Source: Dimorphilus gyrociliatus (Eukaryota; Animalia; Annelida). From it: DNA of 64,000 bases. The notes beneath the pieces are model-generated. The model ran no database searches. It had not been told where the DNA came from and was given only the letters and a program-made list of their open reading frames with translations. The DNA lies in assembly GCA_904063045.1 (NCBI GenBank), contig CAJFCJ010000002.1, positions 3,963,891 through 4,027,890 of the forward strand. The letters run 5' to 3'. The stretch's first letter is position 1, and each line of letters starts with the position of its first letter. The position numbers were made by a program, and so were the translations under genes. This document shows, piece after piece, positions 1-13,600 of the stretch.

Positions 1-41
1 AAAATATGATGTCGTAGTTTTTTTAATATAAACAAACTCAC

Positions 42-2106
42 AGAATCTGCTTCGCCTAATCTAGACAAATTGCGAGATATTAGAGATCCAAGGCCTAACA
101 AGGCTCCAAGATGATTAGGTGCAACTCTTGTTTTGTACCTTTTGCCTGAAAATCAAATGTATTTGAAAAAAATGGAACAGATATGACCTTTTTCACCTCG
201 AATAATAGCTGGTAATAATGAAACAGCTTTGCGATATGAATTTTCAGCCTCCGTATATTTCTCCAGATTCTTATATGCCCGTCCAACGTTAACATGAGCT
301 CCAATGTCATCCGGTTGTACCCTATAATTTTTAACAAACAGAAAAATTAATAATTTTAATAATTATTTCAATCTGAAAGCTTATTACTTTGCGGCATATA
401 AGAAGTACTTAAGCGCTCTTGCGTGGTCATTTTTTCCTTCCAAAGAATGGCCAACATTATTGAAGAGCTTAGCGTTATTTTGATTAACTCGGATAGCCGA
501 TTTAAATAGGCTATGCTCTGATTCCCTGAGAAAATAATTAACGCTATTTAAAGATTTACATTTTAATTTGGATCTAATTTACCATTCATAATTCCTCAGG
601 AATGTTTTAAAACTAAAAGAAATAACAACATTGGCAGCGAGGACATAAATTATCATTTTCGATATATAAGACATTGAAGAGATTTTATAGAGAATTTTAA
701 AACCAATTGCTAGGAGTATACAGAACCCCATGCTTGGAATGTACAAAATTCTTTCAGCCACAACAAAACCAACAGGAAATAGAAGATTTGAAGCGGGTAA
801 AAAGGGTATACTCATCAGAGCGAGGCTAAATGTTAAACATTTACTAATTTTCGTTTGTTGAGTGACTGCTAGAAGCCCCAACCAGAGGAATAAAGAGTAG
901 AAGGTCAGAGTAGCGAAATTTCTAACATCCAAAAAGGAAGAGATAACAGGTATAGTTCCCATTGTCCAATCACAACAAAGACCAGAAGGATTTAATAACA
1001 ACCAGCTATTTACTGCGAGTAAATAATTGAAAGTTAACTGCCTAGTAGGAGAGGGAGACGCCGCAGCTGGATTGTCGAAGCTATATGAATGCAAATAATA
1101 TTAGAAAAATTACAATCTACAACAGTAAATGAGATTAAGTTCAACTTACTTTGTAAAGTGAGGTAACTGAGCGTCCATAACCTTGATTCTAGCATACAAT
1201 AAACTAACAGTTGTTCCAATTAACAAGGAACATCTCAGAAAAGATCTTTTGAACCATGGAGGACTTGTTCTATTGAAAATATTTAGGACGGTAGGAAGGT
1301 TTTGTAGTTTTAAGTTATTTGCGACAAAGACATCGAAGACACAACAAACTCCAATTACCGTAATACCTTGTTCTTTACATAGCATAGCAAATGCAACAAT
1401 TATTACAGAGAAGATAACATAGAGAAAGGCTGAAAATATGAAATTAAAGTTTAGAGAATGTGAATAAAGTAGATAGGAGAGATATGAGTTGTGTTTTGTT
1501 TTTATCAGTTCATTGTACTTTTATACACTCAATGACAATAGTTTATACAATATAAATACAACTGGTACCCCTCCTGTTCGAAAGTTTTTGTATTAACTGA
1601 CTTGAAATGGTCTGAGTTTTCACTGCTTTGTAATAACACAATAGGGCGGCAAGAAAAAATATCGAAGACAGCAGTTCAGCTCTACCCACAACTCCTGTTA
1701 CGGCTTCAGTATGGATGGGATGTACAGCAAATAAGACTGCGGAGGTATTAGTCAAAAACGAATCATTCAGCACTTTTTGACAAACTTTCCAAAAGAATAA
1801 GGTTACGATTATATGCAGAAGAACATTGACAAAATGATAACCCCAAGGATTTAACTCGCTTAATATGTAATTCCAACGGAAAGTTAAAATGCACAGAGGT
1901 CTATATGATTTATGACTTTTTTCATTGTTCATGGGAGTACCCCAAAAGTCGTTCCGGAAGAGATTGGATAAGGGTGTAAAGGCCCTCAAATCTTTATTAT
2001 CTTTTATTGCTGAAACGTCGTCGAAAACAAACCCGCATTGTGGAGCATTACTGTATATGACATATGTCAGAATACAAAGAAGTGAAACCACGGTCTTATC
2101 TTGCAT
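42..2106 (-). CDS. TMTC3: Protein O-mannosyltransferase TMTC3 (3' part runs off the window start)
   Basis: Exons 2106-1602, 1429-1150, 1080-583, 525-388, 321-197, 145-42 join in frame across GT-AG introns. Motifs [61 protein letters not shown] and TPRs ([22 protein letters not shown]) match TMTC3. Likely start is MQDKTV at 2106, after a 57-nt 5'UTR intron (2165-2109). Confidence 0.93.
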
Positions 2107-2365
2107 GGCTGCAACCATAATTGAGGTCATTATAGATTTATTTCTTCTAAAAATATTCAACTTACCTTCAGCTTAATTGACATATACAAACCATGTAAGT
2201 GTGGTAAAATATATCTTTACCAGTTTTTAAGGTCCGACGCGATTTTCAAGAGGGAAATTTAAAACAGCAAACCTGTATAGTTTTTATCGCTTTTTTATTA
2301 CGGAAGAAATAGGCTTAATTTCACAGTACTAGTTTTATCATATGTATGAGAAATTGATATTTAAG

Positions 2366-3302
2366 CTAGACGGTAAACTCTCGGCGAAGAAACGAGACGT
2401 CAAGAGGAAAACATACAAATACACTACCCAGACATAGTTTATTAAAATTCAATATTTGACGATAACTCTGTAAGCCATTTTTTATATCTTTCACCACACT
2501 TTGGTTAGTTTGCCACCACCGACACTTTTTCCTTACATTTATAGGCTGCCATCTTAGCAATAAAGGTGGGTAGGCGTATAGTGAGCAGGAAACCGATCCA
2601 ATACTCATTCTTAGAATTTGGATAGTTTTATTATAGATTGTAACCTCAGCTGAGTGATGACCTTCGGCTATATTAACTAAAGAAATAAATTAAAAGCTAT
2701 CCAGAAAATATGCTTTGTCAGAAAAAAAACAAAGACTTGAGGATGAATATAGAATTACTTTAGCTATTTTTACCTTTCCACCACAAAACCCGATAACCCG
2801 TGCGAATGAGGCAATAGACTCTTGACCCAAAAATGTCCGTGACTTTTATATCGTCGGAAGTTAGACGAACACTCCCATCAATCCCATTGTGAACTAAAAC
2901 CGATGTGTTAGCGCCCTTCAATCTTTTCTCCCCATTGATTAAATAATGAGAGCCAACTGCTAAAACCCTATTCGCAGTCCACTGATGTTCAATAAAGAAA
3001 AGATTACCTTCTGGTCCATCTGAGAAACGAAAATTGCAGGTAAATTCCGCAGAAACAAATTCAACGTTAATTGGCCATAAAACCCGTTTTGGTCCAGTTA
3101 CTTCTAATCCAAAAACGAATTGTGGGGAATTTATCGGATGAATAATCGTTTCGGTACTTTCATAGATTACAATTAAGCCACCAATAATAAACAAGCTAAG
3201 AGTTATTGAGTAATTTAAGCATCTTGATAAAGTAGAACACTTAATAAATTTCTTTTTAATCTTTATAGAAGATCTACGGCTATACATAAAAAAGTTCTTC
3301 AT
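2366..3302 (-). CDS. Uncharacterised 276-aa protein: N-terminal hydrophobic anchor plus two Ig-like domains
   Basis: ORF 3302-2774 (phase-1 donor AAAG|gtaaaa) splices over a 106-nt intron to 2667-2366 in frame with no stops. Cys/Trp pattern FTCNF..HQW..VYCLI, then VSCSLYAYPPLLLRW..FVC, is Ig-like. The domain call is inference. Confidence 0.7.
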
Positions 3303-4115
3303 TTTTTCTCATAGTCCAGTGCCAAAATATATCAGTTATTTAAACAAGAAAATTTTATTTCACGTTTTCTTTTCCTTTGATTAGTTACTCAAACAAAATA
3401 ATAAGAAAACATTAAATTCTACTTAATTTTATTTTTTTTTCATATAGTAATAAAAGTGGAAAACTTTATTCAACTGATTTTTTCTATGAGATAAGTAACC
3501 TATAATTTTCTGCCTAATAGAACAAAAGATCAAAGGGGCAAAATATTATCGTTTAAAATTATTATTTCGTATCGTCTTCGTAATTGACTGGTTCCTGTTC
3601 TAACGCACATGTAGTAAACCCTCAATCATTTCTTGTAACATATTATTCCATCTAAAGAATCGATTGAATTTTTCCTTGAAGTAATTTTTACAAATAACAA
3701 CAGGCTCGTTTCTATGCTACTTACTCAAGAATTATGGAAATACAACGAACAGTAAATAAGCACTTTCTGTCTATGTTACATTTTGTCTAGATAATTGATT
3801 TTCTGCAATTTATTCTCTGATATTCATATAAAGATTAAAAGACTATTTCCTGTAATATTATTCTGTAATTGCTAGTGCAGTTCTTGGAATCATTTGGGAA
3901 TAATTCAAGAAATGAGTATCTAAATCGGAGGCCTTGTAATTATCTTAGACGAACATAGGAATAATTAAGAAGGAAGAGGGCGTTGTTGTTTCAAATGTTC
4001 AAACCGCGTGGACCGGAAGATATCAACGAACCAGAGTTTCAAGCCCAATAAGGAATATTTAGAGGGAAATTGATATTTAATTACCATTTATAATTAACTC
4101 TGGTTTCAATGTGAA

Positions 4116-5464
4116 ATGGCAGGTTTGATTCTTGCGTATAGAGAGTGAAAATTAAGTGATACTATATCTTTCTTATCTAAACTATTATTTTTGTATTTGT
4201 AGAACCAAATGTTGAAAGCAAAGTTCCAAATGGCGGATGGGGTTGGATGTGCGTTGTGGGTTGCTTCACAATGCATTTTCTATTGGGAGGCTTATCTCGG
4301 TCCTTCGGAATTATTTACCGTTGGCTGCAACTTCGATTTGATAAGTCAGCTGCCATAACAGCTTGGATAGGAGGGACAGGTTTTGCAATAAGAATGGGGT
4401 TCAGTCCTCTTGGTACTGGTTTATCAACCAGATATGGAACAAAACCGGTTGTAATAGTTGGTGGTTTTCTAATGGGCATTGGTGTTATTCTCTGTGCTAT
4501 TGCTCCCTCAGTTGAATTTATGTTCTTCAGTTACTGTTTAGTAACAGGAATAGGCGGAACGCTCATATACGCCCCCGCTGTTGTTATCATGAGCAAGTAT
4601 TTTTCAACCAGGCGCTCGATTGCTAATGGTATATCATCGTGTGGTAGTGGTTTTGGTGTTTTCGTTCTTCCCCTCTTAATGGAATTTCTCCATGAGGAGT
4701 ATGGTTATTTCGGAGCTGTGCTTATATTGGGTGGCATTGAACTAAATAACGTTTGTTGCGGCATGTTATATAGGCCACTAGAGCAGCCTGTAGAGGCTCA
4801 AACTAAAAGAGAGGAAAAGTATATCGATTACAGAATGTTAAAAGAATTCACATTTATCTACTATGCCTTATCCTTAGCATTTTTTACTTCTTCATACCAG
4901 CCAGCCCAAATGCTCTTGCCATCGATGGCCATTGATAAAGGATTCAGTAAACATGAAGGAGCGATGTTACTATCAGTGGTTGGGATAGCCGATATGGTTT
5001 CCAGATTCCTTACGGGTTTTATTTATGATTCACGCTTGTTGAAAAATTATAAACCTCAGTTATTCGTGATAGCTATGATCTTGTCGTCTGTAAGTCAATA
5101 TGTATGGGGCCTATCTCACAATTATCCTTGTCTTATTGCGATGAGTGTAGTTCATGGATTATTTAACGGTAGCGTTGTTAGTCAGCGGTCTGTAATTGCT
5201 GCAGAATTGCTTGGGATAGAAAGATTATCAAATTCCTTTGGTCTTAGTATGGCTTTCCAGGGAACGGCTTTGATGATCGGTCCCCTTTGTGCTGGTTATT
5301 TACGTGATGTGACATCCTCTTATGTCTTCTCGTTCATATTTACTGGTAGTTGTTGTTTGTTTGCTGCTTTTATATTCACTGTAGGACATATTATCGATAA
5401 ATACTTGCGACGCAGAAAAGCAATAGAAATTGCCACTGTTACTGTTGAAGAAACGAAACTATAA
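4116..5464 (+). CDS. Monocarboxylate transporter (SLC16/MCT family, MFS)
   Basis: Exon 4116-4122 (ATG GCA G|gt) plus 4203-5464. SLC16 signature PNGGWGW, YFSTRRSIANG motif, TM8 D..R pair (ADMVSRF) and about 12 hydrophobic segments. Confidence 0.92.
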
Positions 5465-5552
5465 AATTGAATATTTCGCGCGTTTTTTGTTTTTTGAATA
5501 AAAACTGGTATTTTGTACATAACGAGTGTTTCACCGATCGGCTAATTACATA

Positions 5553-6876
5553 ATGAAAGATAGTTACAGATTTAAGATTTTAACGCTGAATTGCTGGTAA
5601 TTATTTTACAATTATGATCTAAGTCGAAATTACATTAAAAGCCTACTTAAATTTCATAGGGGCGTACCGACAAGACTTGCATGTAAACTGCGAAAAGAGA
5701 GAATTTCTGCCATTGGTGAAACGTTGAATAGAGGCGAATATGATATTGTTGTTTTGCAAGAAATTTGGAATCAAGATGACTATAAAACGCTTTGCAAATT
5801 GACTAATGAAATGTTGCCATATAAGCATTATTTTTATGGAGGGATGATAGGAACTGGAGTATGCATATTCTCAAAATATAGAATAGCAGAAACGATGACT
5901 TGGCGATATACTCTAAATGGTTCGTTTTACGCCGTTCATCGAGGAGATTGGTTTGGAGGAAAAGGAGTTGGACTGGCTAAATTACAAATTGGAGATTATC
6001 GACTACATATTTATGGTACTCACCTTCATGCTGCATATTCGGACACGGATGATGAATATAAAATGGACCGCCTATCTCAAGCATTCGAATTGTCGGAGTT
6101 TGTAAGAAATACTTCGGCTGGCTGTGACGGATATATTGTTTGTGGAGATTTCAATTACTCTTGTGGTCAAAGAGGCTATGAGATTATTCGTGCTAATGCT
6201 CGTCTTAAAGATGCTTGGCTAACTCAACTCAACAAGCCGGAAGATGATAGCCAGGGAATGACATGTGACAAACCTGACAATACATTTTATTCAGATAAGA
6301 AAACGGTTCCGTGCCGTATTGACTTTGTTATGTACGGTAATAACGGAGGCGTTGATTTAAAGTGTAGGCAGTGTTTCGTGACAATGCGTCAGATTCCAGG
6401 GAGAGATTACTACTATTCCGACCATGAAGGCGTCTGTGCCGAATTTGACTTGTCCGGAAATGTAACAAGTAAGAATAGATGAATCAAATATTTATCCTCA
6501 TCAATTTAATTTAATACTCTACTTTTCTTTCTCTTCAGTGTCACCTACATCAGCATGTTCAAAAGATGAATTAACAAAACTACTTGAACCATGTATAAAC
6601 TTGTGCGAGAAAACCGAAGTAGAATTTGACAAGAAGAGGTCTTTATCGATCTACTTGTGGTTTTTTTGCCTACTCTATTTGTTTACTATTTATTATTTCT
6701 CTATCGGGGAATTGAAATGGATGCCCATTAGTATGTTTATTGCACTTACTCGTTTTACAGGAAGTGTCTTGGCTTGTATTTTACCTTGGTACTTCTTAGT
6801 CGTTTGTAATTTTGAACTTGGTTCACTTCTTAATGTGAAACTTAATATGAAGAATTTAATTCAAAGCTATGATTAA
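5553..6876 (+). CDS. SMPD2: Neutral sphingomyelinase 1-type (DNase I-like fold, two C-terminal TM helices)
   Basis: Exons 5553-5596, 5660-6468, 6539-6876. Motifs TLNCWG, LQEIW, DWFGGKGVG, THLHA, GDFN, RIDF, YSDH are intact, followed by two C-terminal TM segments. Confidence 0.92.
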
Positions 6877-9800
6877 GAAGCAAAACCTTTGTGAATCGGT
6901 AATGTAGTCTAAAGATCAAAGAATGTATTCATTATCAATAAATTAATTTATACAAGTTTGTAAATGACACTAAAGGATTTGTTCTCATTCTATGTGATGT
7001 TTTTGTTTTCTCTCCTTTCCTAATTTGCGCTTCTTCCTTACGGTTGTTTTACCTGGGAGCATCCGAAGAATTACTCCCCCGCTTCGTGGAGTGAGAAACA
7101 TAAATAAGCCTTATCGCATTTAAGAGATTGCTAGGTTATTATGAATATAACTTTTCGCTAATTATAAAAATGTCATTTAGTGTGACCTCGAGCAATAATA
7201 AATTTCCGTCTTTACAAATTTATTCGTTGAGAATCATCAGAGATTGAAATCTTAAATATTCAATATAGCGTAGAAATTTTCATCAAATTAACTTAATAAG
7301 CGGGTTCCTTATACTTTTGTCATTGTATAAAGTGCACTGAAAGGGAAATCATTTTTACTTCCGTGTCTAGCTGATATAAGGCTTTTTTTATACATGTCTA
7401 ACAAATATCTTACCTGAAATACTATAGACCTGATTATTGCCTATCTACATTTCTTATTGGCAATTACTGATAAACTAAAATATTCTAATGGCTCTTTCGT
7501 TCTATATATAATAATAAAAACATCACAAAAACAAGTTGACTATCGTTTTACAGCAGATATTTATAGAAATGTTATGTATTTTCAATAAAAGAAAATGATA
7601 ATCTTAAACTCTTGATTTACACCTATGAATATTTATGTTAGATTATTTTGATGCATTGGCAAAAGTGTAGTCGTGACAATTTAACACAGAGAATTTCCTG
7701 TTTCTTTTATCAGAATAATTTGTTCTGCTAGAGTTAAATGAAATTTACAAATTATTAGACAAATATAGATATGTATTTATTATGCTCATAAAGGTAGAAA
7801 ATTCTTTAAGAAATACTTTATTTTCCCTGATAAAGTCTTAATTTAATGGTTGAATGCTTGTAGTCAGAAATTCTCAATAGGTCTTTGATAACTTTCATAA
7901 TTACCGCTTCTAATGTAATAACTATATGAATATAGAGTATTTTACTTAGAGGCCAGTTGCATCTATTTATAGTAATATGTAATATTTTTCCCTTTCAGAA
8001 TCTTATATATAGCAATCTTTTTTGTCTAGATGGCGCGAGTTTTGTTGGGATACTGCACCCAAGGGACAGGTAAGAATGACGTAAAATGTACAACTTAAGC
8101 AAAATAAGTCATTAGATTAGACAGGGCTTATTGAATGACAATTGCGAATTTTGATGAATTAATTCTATATAAACACCCTTTTCTCAGTCAAAATTAGTAT
8201 TAAGATTAATTAAACCTATGTCTCCCTTGATTCAATATAAAACAACCGTATAAGGGTTGACTACTTCATCATTGATATGTCATCTTGTCGGTGCATGTCC
8301 CTCCCCGTACTTGGCATTTTTTAACAAATTTACATTGTATAACCACACAAAGGCCTAGAGCTAAACAAAATCACGATGAGATTTAATTTTGTCAACCCTT
8401 GTTGTTTTTATAAGAATAACTTCGCATACCCGAAGCTTCCTGCCCTTCAGCTATGATTTACCTAAAAAAAGTCTCTGCTCCATGATAGTAAGCAAGAAAG
8501 AGACGCTTGAGGTTGTTATTGTTAAACACACATACATACTTATATATATATATATATATACAATATATATACAGCATGCTGCAATATAATAGTTATAAGA
8601 ATAAGGTTATTTCTATACTTTATACAGAATATATTAAAAAAAATTTGTTTCCTTACTTAAATATTCTGATAGGGTGATTAAAACATCCATTATCTATAAA
8701 TCTATAAGGGAAAGAAAAACTCATAAATGAATTAACTACAATAGAAAGAATGTCATTTTATTTTTCTTCAACTACTGCATCTTCATCTATTTGACGTCAC
8801 ATTGAATGATGAAATATTCAACAGACAATACGCTTTCCAGAGTTTGGCTTCTATATAAAAATGTATGTTTGCTCTCCTTTTTGTTCTCGTTTCCTTACAT
8901 CCATTCTCTTTCTCCTACTCTCACTTTTCGCTCTCTAGATTTTTCCCCTCCACCCCCTCTGCCCCCCTCCCCTCTCCCACTCGCTTCCTCATAAAAATTT
9001 ATAAAGAAACGAATAATAAGAGTATATAATTTGTATAATTTTTACAAATAGTATTTAATATACATTTAGATAATATTATTAATATGAATTTTGGTTTAAG
9101 TGTTAAAATTCTTTAAAATAAATTAAGAGTTAAAATATAACTAATTTACAATTTTACTCGTTTAGATTTCACATTTTTTTTAAAACCCATTAGCTGTTAT
9201 ATATCTCGTTACTTTTCAGCCACTAATTCGTGGGTGTGGCTATGATTTTACTCTATTATGGTGCACGAGTCAAAAAAGGGTTGGATATATACAAATATAT
9301 ACTTATTTGTCAGTCGAAGCCGGTCAGTACTCCCAATTAAATCATAGCGATTAACTAAAGAGATTGCTCTCTTAATGTAGGAACAGACTGACAAGCTGAC
9401 AGCATACCCTTACTAACTCAATAAATCGATGGATAATTTTTGGGTAAGAACGGATTATAAGGCACTTAGACGCCTATGTAAATGTAAGGCGTCTATGAAA
9501 TTGGCTATACTCTCTAGCACAACGTTCATTTGAGTGTCACTAATATTGGAGTTACCGTGAAATAGAATAATTGAAACAAGTGAAAAAAAAGTGTAATTTT
9601 GTATTATGACAAGGGAAATTAGTTTCAATTACATTCATCTTCTTAAGTATAGAATAACGAAATACTATACCTATAAATTATATGCACGGAAATCTGCTCT
9701 GTAGGCCTATTATTTTCTCGCAACAAGTAACGTATTATGAATTAAAACATAAAAGCAAAAACACATATTAAGACGCTTTTCAGTTGATCCTGCCAAATGA

Positions 9801-9883
9801 AAACATTATATATACTAATAGGCCAAGTAATAAAATATACTAGTGTTTTTTATACCTTCTTATTAATGGTATTATTAATAGTA

Positions 9884-9887
<4 letters not shown>

Positions 9888-9914
<27 letters not shown>
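9888..9914. repeat. (TAA)n microsatellite
   Basis: Run of about 9 TAA units preceded by TAG variants. Confidence 0.9.
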
Positions 9915-10401
9915 ATTATTCCCTTATCATAAGAATTCTTTTTAATTTTTTAAGTGGGAAAGAAAAAAGACAGAAGCCATAAAAGTGAAGACAAGGAAAC
10001 TATTAGTAACAAGACAACCGACGTCAAACTTGACTTCTCTTTCATTCATTCCCTAAAATTAAGGTTAAAAGACTAAAATATTGAATTTTTTTTGTCTTGA
10101 AGCGTCTATTATTTATTATTATCGATAAAAAGTTACGGAGCGACTTTGGTATTACGGTGGGAACGCTTTATTACAAAAAGAATCACAAATGATGAGGGGA
10201 GAGGATGTAAACAGTTACTTAAATATGTGGTTTGAATAATAATAACAGAAAGAATACTATTTATAAGTATTGCAGTAGTAATAATAAGATTAATTTCATT
10301 ATGTTTTCTTTTTGTCCATAAAACATATAAGACAATAAACATAAATCTAGGTTCTAAATACACATAGTATAGTTTATTGTACATATATTATATATAGATA
10401 C

Positions 10402-10404
<3 letters not shown>

Positions 10405-10446
<42 letters not shown>
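10405..10446. repeat. (AT)n microsatellite
   Basis: About 21 uninterrupted AT units downstream of the GPCR stop. Confidence 0.95.
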
Positions 10447-10450
<4 letters not shown>

Positions 10451-10602
10451 TTAGTAATATACACTTTCTTCTAGTTTCCACACCTGTTATATATATATAA
10501 CATTTATTACTTATTACTAATCACATAAATATATAAGTATATACAAAGTAAATGTATACATTTATACATTTATATGGTTATTTTTATATTTATCCTCTCC
10601 GG

Positions 10603-13600
10603 CTAAAACGCTGTTTCTGTCCGCATGTTACTTTGGGTTGAAGAAGTTAAGAAGATTCTAGAAGTTAATGACCGACTTTTAAGAATAGCCTGAATGCTTC
10701 GGCGGAAATGCGAACTAAAGTAGCAGTAGATGAACGGATTCATACAACTATTAGCCGCTCCAAGCCATTGGAATAGAGGTTTAATATATTTCTGGATCAT
10801 TTGAAGGTCATAGTTTTTAAACTTGTGAAATATTATTAACAGTTGGAGAGTGTAGAAAGGTAGCCAAGAGAGAGCGAAAGCGACGCAAACAGTTACTAAC
10901 ATTCTCACTATTCGTATTTTCGAACGATTTATATTCTTCTCCGCTCTCGAACCCTTTATACCTATGTTTTGTTTTTTAAAAAAAATATTTGAATTATTTC
11001 AGTTAATAAGATAAATATTAGAGATTAATAAAAGAAAAAACCCACCAGCAACTCTTCTTTTCCATACTTTGCAGATTATTAAAGTGTAGAAAACAGCTAT
11101 TATTATCATAGGAAGTAGGTAGCAGGCAACAAAAATGACGCCGAGTATATATATTTTTCGTAAGTTTTCATCAAATTCTGTTACGCACTGAATAGTCCTT
11201 GGATAAGATTTTTGCTCGAATTTCAGGATAAATGGTATAAAAATAAGTGCAGGAATTGTCCATATAACAGTTAATAAGCAGATTGTTGTTAATTTGGATA
11301 TATTCGTCGAATTTGGATGGAAAATAGCCATGTACCTAAATAAATAATTACCTTTTAAACACCTTTTTCTTTATCAAAATTGTCTTCACTGAATGAAAAC
11401 AATGATAAAAAGAGAAGAAATCAACATAATTGCCATTTAAACAACTTTATATCATTAAATATTTTATCCTATATAAAAAAAGTAAAAGAACAACTATTCA
11501 AAGAGAAATTCCTAGCAATTAAATGAAGCCTTATGTAATACTTCTTAGCTAATAATTATATTTCATAGGAGGGGAAATATGAACATAATTAAATTTCAAA
11601 TTGTCGAGCTAACACTTAAAACTAAAATTGGAAAATCTGGAGGCGGAATGTTGAGTTTTCAAAGATGAAAAAAAGGGCAAGAACTTACTAATTGCAAAAA
11701 AAAAAACCGCTAAAGTAAGATGGATGAGGATCAAAAATCGTAAAATTAGGCCTTTAAACGCATTTATAAATTGTTTAAAGGTGGAGTAAATGATAGTAAA
11801 GTATCAAGATATATTAGATCGTTCTGGTTTGAAATAGTTCTAATCGGTTGTCATCAAGAACATGTTTTTGGATTTTTTTTTGACGTCATAACTCGTATTT
11901 CCTTTTATATAATCATTACAAAATATTAATAATAGAAGAAAGAGAATTCACTAATGAATAAGTGATGGTGAAGAGAGACGTATGAAAAAAAAACCCCGAA
12001 AAAAATTCTGCCTCTTTCTGGCTCATCTTTTATAAATTTCTTTTGAAAGAGGAAATAAAGCCTTTGGCGGTAGTTTTTTCCGTGAAAAAATTTTCTTCCA
12101 TTTTGAGAAAGAATAGAAAATAAACTGTAATATGTTCTTTTTTAATAATACAATTTTTGCTTGAAAGAAAGAGAGAAAATGATGTGTTCTTTCTACTTTT
12201 AGAGAATATAATATATTGGTTAATAAGGCAATATTCATGTTAATCGCAATTCCTAGTTTCTTTATAATTTAAAATAATCTTTTAGTATTATAAATATATT
12301 CTCGTAATTTTCAACTTATTAATACATTAATTGTCTATTCCTTTCTTCGTATCTGCCCTCCCCCAAAACTGTATATATTAATAAAACTGACCTTTCTATA
12401 GCAATTGCTGTCAATGTATTTGTCGAAGCGCCAATGACGAGTCCTTGCATGTAGTTGAACATTTTGCACAATACAGCTCCGTATAACCAATCTGATAGGA
12501 TAGAAAGGTTAAAAGAGAAATTTAATCACCAAACTACGGGTGGAAAATCATGATAAAAATCGTACAAAATAGTTAGCGGAAGAAGAAAGATGAGAACCAT
12601 ATAAATCGATTTCATTTTTTTTATTTTTTTTTTTCTAGATTCACCTATTGCTTTTAAACACAAACACCTTGTTCCTATAAGATTATTAGGCTTAAACATG
12701 AATCTGCTTTTCTAGATTTTGTAATAGCTTTAAAGTTTTTTTTTTATTTTTTTGATAGACCTCCAATAGAGATGTCAGCGTATCGCAAAATGGAAGATAA
12801 GGAGGAGGAGGAGGAGGAGGAGGAGGAGCGGCAGCAGCAGGGACAAAGGGTAAAATAGAAGTGGGAGGAAAAGGGGATTAGGAATAAAATGCTTTTTTAT
12901 TAATAGGCGGTCGCGTCTCTGCGTTTTTTCACACGACACTAGCTGAAAAACCTCGACCGCAATATGCCAAGCTTAATTTAGGATATAGTGATATACTTTA
13001 TTCGATTGGTGGTAATGAATATACTTATGAATATACACAACTGCTATAAATTGCTTCTGTAAATCTGTAAGCGTATATATATTTCTACGTAAGTTATGTA
13101 TATTGAATCATTACATCTGGAAAATACAATACTGGAGAGATTATTAGAGTTTAAGTCAATAATGAAGAATAGACGATTGTAATATTTCTCTTTAAACTTG
13201 GAAACTTTTGACAAAATATAGGGTTAATCTGTAAATTAGATGAAAAGAGAAAAAAGTAGAAGAATTTCGTTGCACGCATGAACAATTTGCCGAAATTAGT
13301 AAATAAATTCCTTATGCAAAACGACTATTAATATCGACGTTTTGATTCGAATAAAATTAAAGATCTACACATTTATTTACTGTTAAAACTCGTGCAGTAT
13401 TTAAATCTATTTATAGTAAATCTTAGATACGCATTCCTTTAGATCTAATGGATTAATGATTACTGCAAAATGCTTATTTTTAAAACGTTCACTTTAATTA
13501 AAATAAATTATATTCATTATCAAGAAAAAGGCTATTTGATATGAGACGAAACTCTCAAAATCTCTCTTGCCCTATAATATATTATCGGTGAAGCAATATT

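Noticed and set aside
2147-2165. Apparent 19-nt GT-AG intron at the TMTC3 5' end
   Set aside because: It is too short, and a 57-nt intron to the acceptor at 2109 explains the same donor.
8416-8435. loxP-like ATAACTTCG..CGAAG
   Set aside because: Only partial arms with wrong spacing, no second site and no recombinase. Chance match.
12774-12858. Short poly-Glu/Gln ORF (MSAYRKMEDKEEEEEEEEERQQQGQRVK) antisense in GPCR intron 1
   Set aside because: It is a by-product of the (GGA)9/(GCA)3 repeat, with no supporting exon structure.
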